Assembly (NCBI GenBank): GCA_963711405.1
Contig: CAVQDZ010000008.1
Span: 34,387-98,386, forward strand
Origin: an uncultured Chloroflexia bacterium
GTDB taxonomy: Bacteria > Chloroflexota > Limnocylindria > Limnocylindrales > CSP1-4
DNA length: 64,000 bases
Direction of reading: 5' to 3'
How positions within the stretch are numbered: the stretch's first letter is position 1; each line of letters opens with the position of its first letter. Shown here in pieces: positions 30,603 to 39,195 of this stretch. The notes beneath the pieces are model-generated. The model was given only the letters and a program-made list of their open reading frames with translations. It did no database searches and was not told where the DNA came from. The position numbers and the translations under genes were made by a program.

Positions 30603-30668
30603 TCGGCTGTCCGTCGAGTCGGCCCAAACCGACTAGCTGCGCGTCTTTTAGGCGGTTGGTAACTGGTG
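30465..30668. repeat. right arm of the long imperfect inverted repeat flanking the XRE gene
   Basis: Reverse complement of the left arm (see 29754..29898). It ends in GTCTTTTAGGCGGTTGG at 30652-30668. The GTCGGGC heptamer recurs at 30465, 30489, 30525, 30549 and 30585. Confidence 0.85.
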
Positions 30669-30691
30669 TGTAGAAATGTTTTGCCGGCGGG

Positions 30692-30740
30692 CGATCGGGG
30701 ACCCCGCCGCGGCGGACGATCGGGGACTTCGCCGCGGCGG
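30692..30740. repeat. 25-bp direct repeat x2 containing GC palindromes, upstream of pruA
   Basis: CGATCGGGGACCCCGCCGCGGCGG (30692-30715) and CGATCGGGGACTTCGCCGCGGCGG (30717-30740). Each contains the CGATCG and CGCCGCGGCG palindromes. Confidence 0.7.
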
Positions 30741-30882
30741 GCGAGCGGCGGGCCCGTCGCGGCGCATGTGGAACGCGTGACCGCGTGTAGATGTGCGCCG
30801 CCCAGGAGGGTGGCGGCGGGTGGGTGGAGCGGCGCGGTCACGTCGTAGACTTCGAGGTACGACAGGAGGAAGCCCAACATCC

Positions 30883-32463
30883 ATGACTGACACGATCGAA
30901 CGGCCGCGGCTGAAGATCACTTACGCGACCTTGCGCAACGACAACGACGAGTTGCATGAGCAGTTTGAGAAGGGCGTCGACCAGGCGCGCCAGATGCTCG
31001 GCAAGAGCCACCGCAACCTGGTCGGAGGCGCTGAGCGCGACGGCGACGGCACCTTCGAGAAGCACTCGCCCATCGACGGCGCGCTGATCGGGACGTTCGC
31101 GAAGGGCACGCGCCAGGACGTCAGGGACGCGATCGCAGCGGCCCGCGCAGCGTTCCCGGCCTGGTCCGCGCGGCCGTGGCAGGAGCGAGTACAGATCTTG
31201 CGCCGCGTCGCGGACGTGATCAGCGAGCGCCAGATGGTCCTGGCCGCGCTGCTCGCCATGGAGGTCGGCAAGAACCGGCTCGAGGCGCTCGGCGACGTCG
31301 AGGAGACGGCCGACCTGATCCGCTGGTCATGCGACATGGTCGAGCAGAACGGCGGCTTCGATCACCCCATGGGCAACCTGGGCGATGCGTCGGTGCACAC
31401 GCGCTCGGTGCTCAAGCCATACGGCGTATGGGCAATCATCAGCCCGTTCAACTTCCCCTTCGCGCTGAGCGGCGGCCCGTCCGGCGGCGCGCTGGTGGCC
31501 GGCAACACGGTCGTCTACAAGCCCTCGTCGGACGCGCCACTGTCGGGTGTTTGCCTGACGCAGGCGATGCGCGACGGCGGCATACCGGACGGCGTCTTCA
31601 ACATGGTCGCGGGACCGGGTGAGACCGTCGGCGCCGAGCTCCAGGAGAACGACGGCGTGGACGGGATCCTGTTCACGGGCTCGTTCGAGGTTGGCTTTGA
31701 CCTGTACAAGCACTTCGCCAAGCGCTATCCAAAGCCCGTCATCGTCGAGATGGGCGGCAAGAACCCGGCCATCGTGAGCCGGACCGCTGACCTCGAGGAG
31801 GCGGCCGAGGGCGTGATGCGCGGCGCGTTCGGCTTCAGTGGCCAGAAGTGCTCGGCCAACAGTCGCGTGTACGTCGAGCGGCCGGTGTACGAACAGTTTC
31901 TGAGCCTGCTGGCGGACAAGGCCAGCTCCATCTCCGTCGGCGACCCGGTTGATCGGCGGAACTGGATGGGTCCTGTCATCAACCAAAAGGCGCTGGACCG
32001 CTTCGAACAAGCCTCTGCAGAAGCTCGGCGCGACGGCCGCATCGTCGCCGGCGGGGAGCGGCTCACGGGCGAGGGCAAGGACGACGGCTACTTCGTGGCG
32101 CCCACGGTCGTCGCCGATCTGCCCAAGGATCACCGGCTGTTCAAGGACGAGCTGTTCCTGCCCTTCGTGGCCGTGGCGCCGGTCGATTCGGTTGACGAGG
32201 CGCTCGAGCTGGCCAACACCAGCGACCTCGGCCTGACCGCGGGCATCTACAGCGGCGATCAGGCAGACATCGACGAGTTCCTCAGGCGCATCGAAGCCGG
32301 CGTCGTGTACGTCAACAGACGCGCGGGCTCCACGACCGGCGCGTGGCCGGGCGTCCAGCCGTTCGGCGGCTGGAAGGGCTCGACTGCCACGGGCAAGGCC
32401 GGCGGCGGCCTGTACTACGTTCAGCAGTTCATGCGCGAGCAGTCGCAGACGATCGTCGACTAA
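30883..32463 (+). CDS. pruA: L-glutamate gamma-semialdehyde (1-pyrroline-5-carboxylate) dehydrogenase, aldehyde dehydrogenase family
   Basis: ATG at 30883 downstream of AGGAGGA. Motifs: VIVEMGGKNP, FGFSGQKCSANSR, VAPTVV. Length 526 aa. The upstream part of track ORF 30793..32463 is excluded. Confidence 0.8.
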   Translation: MTDTIERPRLKITYATLRNDNDELHEQFEKGVDQARQMLGKSHRNLVGGAERDGDGTFEKHSPIDGALIGTFAKGTRQDVRDAIAAARAAFPAWSARPWQERVQILRRVADVISERQMVLAALLAMEVGKNRLEALGDVEETADLIRWSCDMVEQNGGFDHPMGNLGDASVHTRSVLKPYGVWAIISPFNFPFALSGGPSGGALVAGNTVVYKPSSDAPLSGVCLTQAMRDGGIPDGVFNMVAGPGETVGAELQENDGVDGILFTGSFEVGFDLYKHFAKRYPKPVIVEMGGKNPAIVSRTADLEEAAEGVMRGAFGFSGQKCSANSRVYVERPVYEQFLSLLADKASSISVGDPVDRRNWMGPVINQKALDRFEQASAEARRDGRIVAGGERLTGEGKDDGYFVAPTVVADLPKDHRLFKDELFLPFVAVAPVDSVDEALELANTSDLGLTAGIYSGDQADIDEFLRRIEAGVVYVNRRAGSTTGAWPGVQPFGGWKGSTATGKAGGGLYYVQQFMREQSQTIVD

Positions 32464-32496
32464 CCGGGGCGGCGTGCCGCTCGGGAAGGAAGTGGC

Positions 32497-33551
32497 GTGA
32501 ATAGAGGAAGACGGCGGGTAGCCCTACTCGTCGTCTTCGCGTTCGCGCTACTGGGCGGAGCGCCATCGACGTTCGCCCGAACCGGTCCCGCTGGGGAGTA
32601 CCAGGGCAACGCCGCGACTCTCGACGCGCCCGGCACGGTCCGACTGATGGCCGTTGGCGACGTCATGCTCGCCCAGTCGATCGGCCGGCGGATCAAGAAC
32701 AACGGCCTCCTCGCGCCATGGGCCAAGGTCAAGGGCCACTTCGATGACGCGGACCTGGTCGTGGCCAATCTCGAGTGCACGATCTCCGATCGCGGCACTG
32801 CCGTGGATCAAGACGTTCACGTTTCGCGCGCCCATTTCCGCCGCGAACTCACTGGCCGCCGCCGGCATCGATGCCGTGTCGAACGCCAACAACCATGCCC
32901 TGGACTTCGGCCGCGACGCGTTCGGCGACACGCTCACCTACCTCGATGCCGCCGGCGTTGGCCACTTCGGCGGCGGCGCGAACCTGGCCGCTGCGCGCGC
33001 GCCGCTGATCATCGTGCGCAACGGCCTGCGCATCGCGTTCCTGGGCTACGTGCTGCCGTTCTCGGGCAAGCCCAACGTTCAACACCAGGCAGTGGGCAGC
33101 AACGAACACGACGGCCGGTCTCGCGATCGGTACGCCGGATGTCGTCACGGCCGACGTAACCGCCGCAAAGGCAGTCGCGGACGTGGTCGTGGTCATGGTC
33201 CACGGCGGCACCGAGTACAGCTCCAGGCCCAACAAGGCCCAGAAGAACTTCGACTCGGCTGCGCTCAAGGCAGGCGCGGCGCTGGTGATCGGGGCTCATC
33301 CGCACGTGCTCCAGGGCTACGTCTACGAGGGCTACCAGGCGATCGCGTACAGCACCGGCAACTTCGTCTTCGACCGCTTCACAGACCCGCCGGAGCTCGA
33401 CACCGCGATCCTGGACGTGACGCTCAGCGTCAACGGCGTCGAATCACTCAGCTGGATCCCGATCGAGATCCACAACGGCTTTCCAGGGCCGGCCACGCCG
33501 GCGGAGGCCGCGCGCATCATGAGCCGTCTCAAGCAGCTGCCGCCACCCTAG
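32497..33551 (+). pseudogene. CapA-family (PGA_cap metallophosphatase-like) protein, two +1 frameshifts
   Basis: Signal/TM segment, then RLMAVGDVMLAQS...DLVVANLECTIS (ORF 32497..33159), KTFTFRAPISAANSLAAAGIDAVSNANNHALDFG (ORF 32654..33607), and VVVMVHGGTEYS...VIGAHPHVLQG (ORF 33183..33551). Removing one C from CCC at 33071-33073 restores SGKPTFNTRQWAATNTTAGLAIG. The first break is at about 32815. Confidence 0.75.
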
Positions 33552-33571
33552 GTCGCTGCCCCGCGCGGACC

Positions 33572-34381
33572 CTAGAACGGACAGCTCAGATGGTTCGCCT
33601 GGGATAGATCGTTGGCGAACCCAACGATGTCCGCAGCGATGCCCGCTGTCAGCAGACGGTTGGTCGTGGGCACGATCGGCAGCCGACCAGCGACGCCTGC
33701 GTCATAGCGCGCGAAGGGGAAGGCGAGTGAATCGTTGGCGGCATTGAGCGCCGCCGTTACCGCCTCGCGCAACAGTGTCCGCCGCGCGTCTTCGCCGGCC
33801 GTTGGGCTGGCCATGGCCTGAACGAGCGTCATGGTGGCGTACGTTCCGGCGTGGCCGAAGAGCGACCCGACGGGCTGGTCCGGTGCGTACTCCTCCCACG
33901 CCGGGAAGTGCGCCGGCGCTGCCCAGAAGGATGAATCGCAGCCCTGGGTCGAGCCCACAAACGGGGGGTTGGTCGCCGCGCTCGGATGCACCGTGGCCCC
34001 TGACGACGGGTGCGCCGCAGTGGTGGGCGTCGGGATTCCCGACTGATCCTGAGTGGAAGCCCAGCCCAGAGTCCCGAGCACGAGCAGGGCTGCGACGCCG
34101 CCCACAATGAGCCGGCGATTGAAACGACGCGAACTCGCGAGCGCGGATCCGCTCACTGCCGTTGGTTCGGGTTGTGCTGTTGCTTCCTGCTGCGGTGTTG
34201 CTTCCGGCCAAGCCGTGACGTCCGGCTGCGCTCGGCTGCCTGCCGGCTGCGTCTGGACTGCCTCCGGCTGCGTCTGCACAGCCGCCGGAGTCACAACCTT
34301 CGCCGTCGAAGTCTTGGTCTTGTTCGCGGTCGAGGTCGTCGGCCTCGCGCGCCGCTTAAGTCGTCGCCCGAATAGCTTCAT
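33572..34381 (-). CDS. membrane-anchored hypothetical protein with a low-complexity N-terminal region
   Basis: 269 aa. Basic, Thr/Gln/Pro-rich N-terminus with AVQTQPEAVQTQP, one TM segment (LIVGGVAALLVLGTLGW), then a globular C-terminal domain. No family recognised. Confidence 0.5.
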   Translation of the reverse strand: MKLFGRRLKRRARPTTSTANKTKTSTAKVVTPAAVQTQPEAVQTQPAGSRAQPDVTAWPEATPQQEATAQPEPTAVSGSALASSRRFNRRLIVGGVAALLVLGTLGWASTQDQSGIPTPTTAAHPSSGATVHPSAATNPPFVGSTQGCDSSFWAAPAHFPAWEEYAPDQPVGSLFGHAGTYATMTLVQAMASPTAGEDARRTLLREAVTAALNAANDSLAFPFARYDAGVAGRLPIVPTTNRLLTAGIAADIVGFANDLSQANHLSCPF

Positions 34382-34422
34382 GTCAGTACCTCATAGCCGC
34401 AGCGAGTCGGGCAGAGCCCGCT

Positions 34423-34436
34423 GGTACTTAAGTACC
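34423..34436. promoter_or_regulatory. perfect 14-bp palindrome GGTACTTAAGTACC in a divergent intergenic region
   Basis: Read directly from the sequence. It sits between the 33572..34381 (-) gene and gabT (+). Candidate operator; function unknown. Confidence 0.3.
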
Positions 34437-34553
34437 CTCGTCGGCCGCCATAGGACCCATCAAGCATGACGTCTGTCGCCGCGAAAGCGAGTGGATTCGA
34501 CCAAACAGGGTTGCGCTGTGGCAACGTTCGGGCGCCGGCCTAGTACACTGCTT

Positions 34554-34568
34554 CATGCAGACTGCATG
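34554..34568. promoter_or_regulatory. 15-bp palindrome CATGCAGACTGCATG followed by T6 and a half-site ATGCAGTC
   Basis: Read directly from the sequence, 41 nt upstream of the gabT GTG. The one-nucleotide centre rules out a hairpin, so this looks like an operator rather than a terminator. Confidence 0.3.
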
Positions 34569-34608
34569 TTTTTTATGCAGTCGGGATTGAGCATCGGGGT
34601 GTGTCAAA

Positions 34609-36039
34609 GTGACTGATGTGGCCGAGCGAGAGCTTTCCGCCGTCCAGAACGCGGCGAAGATGAAGCAGCACTCTGCCGACCAGTCCGCCCTCGACCAGGT
34701 TCCGACCTTCGAGGGCCGAACAGTGCCCGACCTGCGCACCGCTATCCCGGGGCCCAAGGCCCGCGCGCAGGTCAAGTTCGACCACAAGTACACGTCGCCC
34801 AGCCTGCCGCGCGCTTACCCGATCGCGCCGGTCCGCGGCCGTGGCGCGGCCATCGAGGACCTCGATGGCAACCTCTTCCTCGACTTCTGTGCCGGCATTG
34901 CGGTCTCTTCGACCGGCTATGCGCACCCGCGCATCACGGCCGCGATCGAGAGCCAGGTTCAGGACCTGCTCCACTTCAGCGCGTCCGACTTCTACCTGCC
35001 CATCTACGCGCAACTCGCCGCCGAGCTCGATCGCATCTCACCGATGAGCGGTCCGACGCGCAGCTTCATCGGCAACTCCGGCGCGGAGGCGGTCGAGGCA
35101 GCGATCAAGCTGGCGCGCTTCGCCACCGGCCGCCAGTATCTCGTCGCATTCGTTGGCGGCTTCCACGGCCGCACCTACGGCGCGGTGACGCTGACCGCAT
35201 CCAAGTCCAAGTACCACTCGGGCTTTGGGCCGATGCTGCCCGGCGTCTACCACGTTCCGTTCGGCTCAGCCGGCCTGGATGAGCTGGAGAGCCGCGTCTT
35301 CAAGCGCTTCGTGCCGGCCAATGAAGTGGCCGCGATCATCGTCGAGCCCATCCAGGGCGAAGGCGGCTACGTCGTACCCGACGATGACTTCTTCCCCCGC
35401 CTGCGCAAGATCTGCGACGACAACGGCATCCTGCTCATTGCCGACGAGGTCCAGTCGGGCGCCGGCCGCACGGGCAAGATGTGGGCGATCGACCACTGGG
35501 ATGTTGAGCCGGACATCCTGTGCACGGCCAAAGGCCTGGGCTCGGGCATGCCGGTCTCCGCGGCAATCGCTCGGGCTGAGCTCATGAGCTGGCAGGCGGG
35601 CCACCACGGTTCCACGTTCGGTGGCAACCCCGTCTCGTGCGCGGCGGCGTTGGCCACGATCGCGCTACTCGAGGAAGGCCTTATCGACAACGCCGCCGCG
35701 CGCGGCGAGCAGGCCATGGTCGGCCTGCGCAAGCTCGGCGCCAAACATCCGGGCATGATCCGCGACGTCCGCGGCAAGGGCCTGATGATCGGCATCGAGT
35801 TCGACTCCGGCGACACGGCTGAAGCCGTCCAGTGGGCGGCGTTCCAGCGCGGCCTGCTAGTCCTCGAGGCCGGCGAGAACGTCGTGCGTATGTCACCGCC
35901 GCTCATCGTCAATGCTGCCGAAGTGGATACCGCCGTGTGGCTGTTCGGCGAGGCGATCGCGGCGGTCGCGGCGGATCCGTCCAAGGTGATGCACGAGGCG
36001 CATCGCTGGGGCGCGGACGAGACAGACGTCGACGGCTGA
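34609..36039 (+). CDS. gabT: 4-aminobutyrate aminotransferase, class III PLP-dependent
   Basis: 476 aa with a GTG start. Motifs: NSGAEAVEAAIKLAR, GGFHGRT, IVEPIQGEGGY, LLIADEVQSGAGRTGKMWA, CTAKGLGSGMP. Confidence 0.85.
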   Translation: MTDVAERELSAVQNAAKMKQHSADQSALDQVPTFEGRTVPDLRTAIPGPKARAQVKFDHKYTSPSLPRAYPIAPVRGRGAAIEDLDGNLFLDFCAGIAVSSTGYAHPRITAAIESQVQDLLHFSASDFYLPIYAQLAAELDRISPMSGPTRSFIGNSGAEAVEAAIKLARFATGRQYLVAFVGGFHGRTYGAVTLTASKSKYHSGFGPMLPGVYHVPFGSAGLDELESRVFKRFVPANEVAAIIVEPIQGEGGYVVPDDDFFPRLRKICDDNGILLIADEVQSGAGRTGKMWAIDHWDVEPDILCTAKGLGSGMPVSAAIARAELMSWQAGHHGSTFGGNPVSCAAALATIALLEEGLIDNAAARGEQAMVGLRKLGAKHPGMIRDVRGKGLMIGIEFDSGDTAEAVQWAAFQRGLLVLEAGENVVRMSPPLIVNAAEVDTAVWLFGEAIAAVAADPSKVMHEAHRWGADETDVDG

Positions 36040-36060
36040 CCGCTCGGGCGCATGCCGTGG

Positions 36061-36076
36061 CCCTAATTTGAGCGCG
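36061..36076 (+). promoter_or_regulatory. AT-rich motif CCCTAATTTGAGCGCG shared with the S8 protease upstream region
   Basis: Compare CCCTAATATTTGCAGCGC at 47882-47899 and CCTCAATTTGGCGCG at 47859-47873. Function unknown. Confidence 0.3.
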
Positions 36077-36140
36077 ATCCGAGCGTTTTGGCCTGTATTG
36101 AACTAACTCCCTAGTATCACAGCGGACCACCCCGGAGAAA

Positions 36141-36177
36141 CTCCGCACACCCAGCGCGGACACCGAGACGGCTGGCC
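36141..36177 (+). promoter_or_regulatory. conserved 5' leader segment of the beta-helix protein genes (copy 1)
   Basis: CTCCGCACACCCAGCGCGGACACCGAGACGGCTGGCC matches 39159-39195 at 28/37 positions without gaps (manual count). It ends 21 nt before the ATG. Confidence 0.45.
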
Positions 36178-36198
36178 ACCTGCCCTAGGAGTCTCCGA

Positions 36199-38852
36199 AT
36201 GCGCCGCCTGCTGATGTCCTTGAGCCTGCTCGCCGTACTTGCCCTGCTGGCCGCTGGCATGTTCGTTTCCACGACAGCGGCAGTGACTCCGCCTGTCATC
36301 TATCGGAACATGCCCAACCCTGTTCCGGGGAACGTTTCTAGCCAGGCATTCGAAGCGCAGACTGTGGCGGAGTTCGGCGATCGGATCGACTTCGAACCGT
36401 CGACCCCCCGTGTTCTGAACAGCGTGGACGTACTCATGAGCTCATGGGGCTGCGAGAGTGGCTCGTGGGTTTCCAACGACTGCTCGACTACTGCAGGCGC
36501 CACGTTCAGCCATCCGATCACGCTCAACATCTATGACGTGGGCCCGAGCAATTCGGTTGGCTCGCTGCTGGGTACCGTCACACAGACCTTTGCGATCCCC
36601 TATCGGCCCAGCAAGGACGACACCAACTGCACCGGTGGCGACGCCGGCAAGTGGTTCGACGGCAGCACATGCTTCAATGGCTTCGCCACGAGCATCTCGT
36701 TTGATCTGACCGGCCTGGGCCTGACGGCACCCAACGAAGTCATCATGAGCGTGGCCTACAACACGACGCACTATGGCTACGCGCCGATTGGTGAGAGCGC
36801 GGCCTGCTACTCCGAATCTGGCGGCTGCGGTTACGACTCGCTCAATGTCGGTCTCTCGACCGTGCCCGCGAATGTCGACAAGGGTTCGAACCCTGCGCCG
36901 AACGACGCCTACCTGTACGCCACGGTTGGGGGCAGCGGCACAGGCTACTGCGCCAACACGAACCTCAACACATTCCGGCTCGATAGTGGCTGCTGGGGCG
37001 GGCTGAAGCCTGCTTTCACGGTCTATGCCAACCCGGTCTGCTCGACCGTCTGCTACGTGGATACGGCTACCGGCAACGACTCCAACGGCGGAACCAGCCT
37101 GTCTGACGCCAAGGAGACCATTCAGGGTGGGATCGACGCCGTCGACACTGGCGGAACTGTGCTCGTCAACGACGGCACGTACACCGAGAGCCCGGACGTA
37201 ACCAAGTCGCTGACCCTGCAGTCGATCAACGGCCGGAGCGTCACGACGATCCAGCTCCAGACAAGTCCGACGTACCTGGGCTCCCTGATTCATCGAGGGA
37301 GCCGACGTGACCGTGGATGGCTTCACGATCTTGGCCGTGACGGGACGGACAGCACCATTGCCGCCTCCGACATCCTCGTCAAGAACAACCTCGACAACGT
37401 CGTCATCAAGAACAACAAGCTGGAGGTGGGCCTGAGCGACGATGACTCGTCGACTGGCGACGACGGCTTCGGGATAGTCACCTACTACAACACCACGCCG
37501 GCACAGTTCACCGCGTCGCTGACCGTGACTGGCAACATCTTCGAGCCGCTCAATTCGACTGGCACTCGCGCCTTTTACATCAACCCCGGCGTCAACCTGT
37601 TCACGTTCAAGAACAACACCATCAACGGAGACTTCTTCGGGCGCGCGTGGACCGGCGCGGCCAATGGCCTGGTCGAGAACAACACGGTGACTGGTGCGGG
37701 CACGAGCGGCGGACTTGGCGCGACTGGCTATCCCAATGCCAGCTCGTTTGGACAGACCACCTTCAGCGCCAACACGATCTCCAGGTGTCGCGGCCGGCAT
37801 CTCAGTCAATGGTGCGAATGCGGTGACCGATCACTCATAACGTCATCACCAGCTCGACAAAGGGTGTCGACGTCTTCAACTCGAACAGCCTCGCCGGCTT
37901 CGATCCAAGCACCGTCCACGTGAATCGCAACAGCCTGGCCGTAAGCGGCGGCAACACCGGCATCTCAGCAGACGCAGCGTTTGCACGCTCCGTCGACGGC
38001 ACGTGCAATTGGTGGGGCAACACCAGCGGACCAGGCGCGATCGCGTCGGGCTCTGGCTCGATGGTGACGTCGAACGTTGGTTTCGCGCCGTGGCTCCTGT
38101 CGAGCAACCTCGACAGCAATTGCGCGCCCGGCGGCCACATCACGATCATCCTGCAGGCTCATCCGGAGGGCTCGCAGCCGTTCAGCTTCACGGGCACGAA
38201 CGGCATCGCGCCGTTCACCCTGATTGACGACGGGTCACCGTCGAATATCAAGGACTTCGACGTCCCGGCCGGCCTGTACGTCTTCCGGGTGGCGGCACTG
38301 CCCAAGTGGGCGCTCTTCACCCTGACGTGCGACCAGCACGAGACCATCCTGAAGTCGCATCGGCTGGTCCAGATCCAGCTGCAGTCGGACCAGGACGTGA
38401 CCTGCACGTTCACCGAGTCGTACCGGATCCCTGACGCGATGATCGCGCTCACCAGCGGCGGCCCGTATTCGGTCGACAACTTCTACTCAGGCGCGGTTAC
38501 GCCAAGTCAGACACTTACTCAGTCATTCGCGACGGGCGAGACGAAGTCGTTCTTCGTCCGCTTCCAGAACGATGGGCTGGACACGGACACGTTCCGTGTC
38601 TGGTCACAGTTGAAGGGTTCGCTCAAGTACGGCGTCGTGTTCATGGCCGGCAACGTGGAAATTACAGGCAAGGTCCTTGCAGATACATATCACTTCAAGC
38701 TGGCCCCAGGTGCGACGCGCACGATCGAGATACGGGTGACCGCCGGCTCGATCACCGCCAGCGACGTGAGGAACATCGTCCTGACGTTGCAGTCCAAGAC
38801 AGCCACGGCCGCGGTCGACACGGTCAAAGCCTTCGTCAACGCAGGCCAGTAA
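36199..38852 (+). pseudogene. secreted right-handed beta-helix surface protein (~880 aa), four frame breaks
   Basis: Signal peptide MRRLLMSLSLLAVLALLAAGMFVSTTAA. Cys-rich N-terminal domain. Cap motif CSTVCYVDTATGNDSNGGTSLSDAKETIQGGIDAVDTGGTVLVNDGTYTE. NN-rich beta-helix coils. DGTCNWWGNTSGPG. C-terminal pair of beta-sandwich domains. ORFs 36199..37923 and 37920..38852 are joined through short out-of-frame stretches, with breaks at ~37275 (+1), ~37330 (-1), ~37784 (+1) and ~37829 (+1). Confidence 0.75.
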
Positions 38853-38871
38853 GGCCTCTCGGACTCTCAGT

Positions 38872-38908
38872 GGGGCGGAGCGCTGACGGCGCTCCGCCCC
38901 CTATTTGT
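38872..38908 (+). terminator. rho-independent terminator
   Basis: GGGGCGGAGCGC (38872-38883), loop TGACG, GCGCTCCGCCCC (38889-38900), then CTATTTGTT. Confidence 0.7.
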
Positions 38909-39158
38909 TCAAACCGAGCGGCATCCAGTTCGACTTGGGCGATACCGCTGAGGCCGTCCAATGGGCAGCCTCAGCCTGTAATTTAAACGGGCGGTAAACG
39001 TTTTCTGCGCATTGATGACGGCTGGTCGTACCAATCGCACGCGAGCGCAAGTGCCAAATTGCCTCTTGCACACTGCCACCTGACGCTGATGTCTCCCCCG
39101 CTTGCTAGTACTTAGGTATTGACTGAACCAATACCATCGGTTGCGCTGTCTCGTCTGA

Positions 39159-39195
39159 CTTCGCATACCCAACGCGGAGAACGAGGCGGTCTGCC
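39159..39195 (+). promoter_or_regulatory. conserved 5' leader segment of the beta-helix protein genes (copy 2)
   Basis: CTTCGCATACCCAACGCGGAGAACGAGGCGGTCTGCC; see 36141..36177. A -35-like TTGACT at 39119 sits 40 nt upstream. The corresponding TTGAAC at 36098 is 43 nt upstream of copy 1. Confidence 0.45.

Noticed and set aside
29966-30880. 304-aa minus-strand ORF with a repeated peptide (SPIGPTAGRESRAQVSPTSA x2-3)
   Set aside because: It is antisense to the XRE gene. Its repeats simply mirror the 60-bp DNA tandem repeat, its composition is Arg/Pro/Ala-rich shadow-ORF style, and it has no recognisable domain.
38948-38974. Hairpin CTGAGGC-N13-GCCTCAG whose loop contains CCAATGGG, which resembles the XRE-flanking repeat core
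   Set aside because: Only 8 nt are shared with the repeat unit. With a single occurrence I cannot distinguish this from chance.
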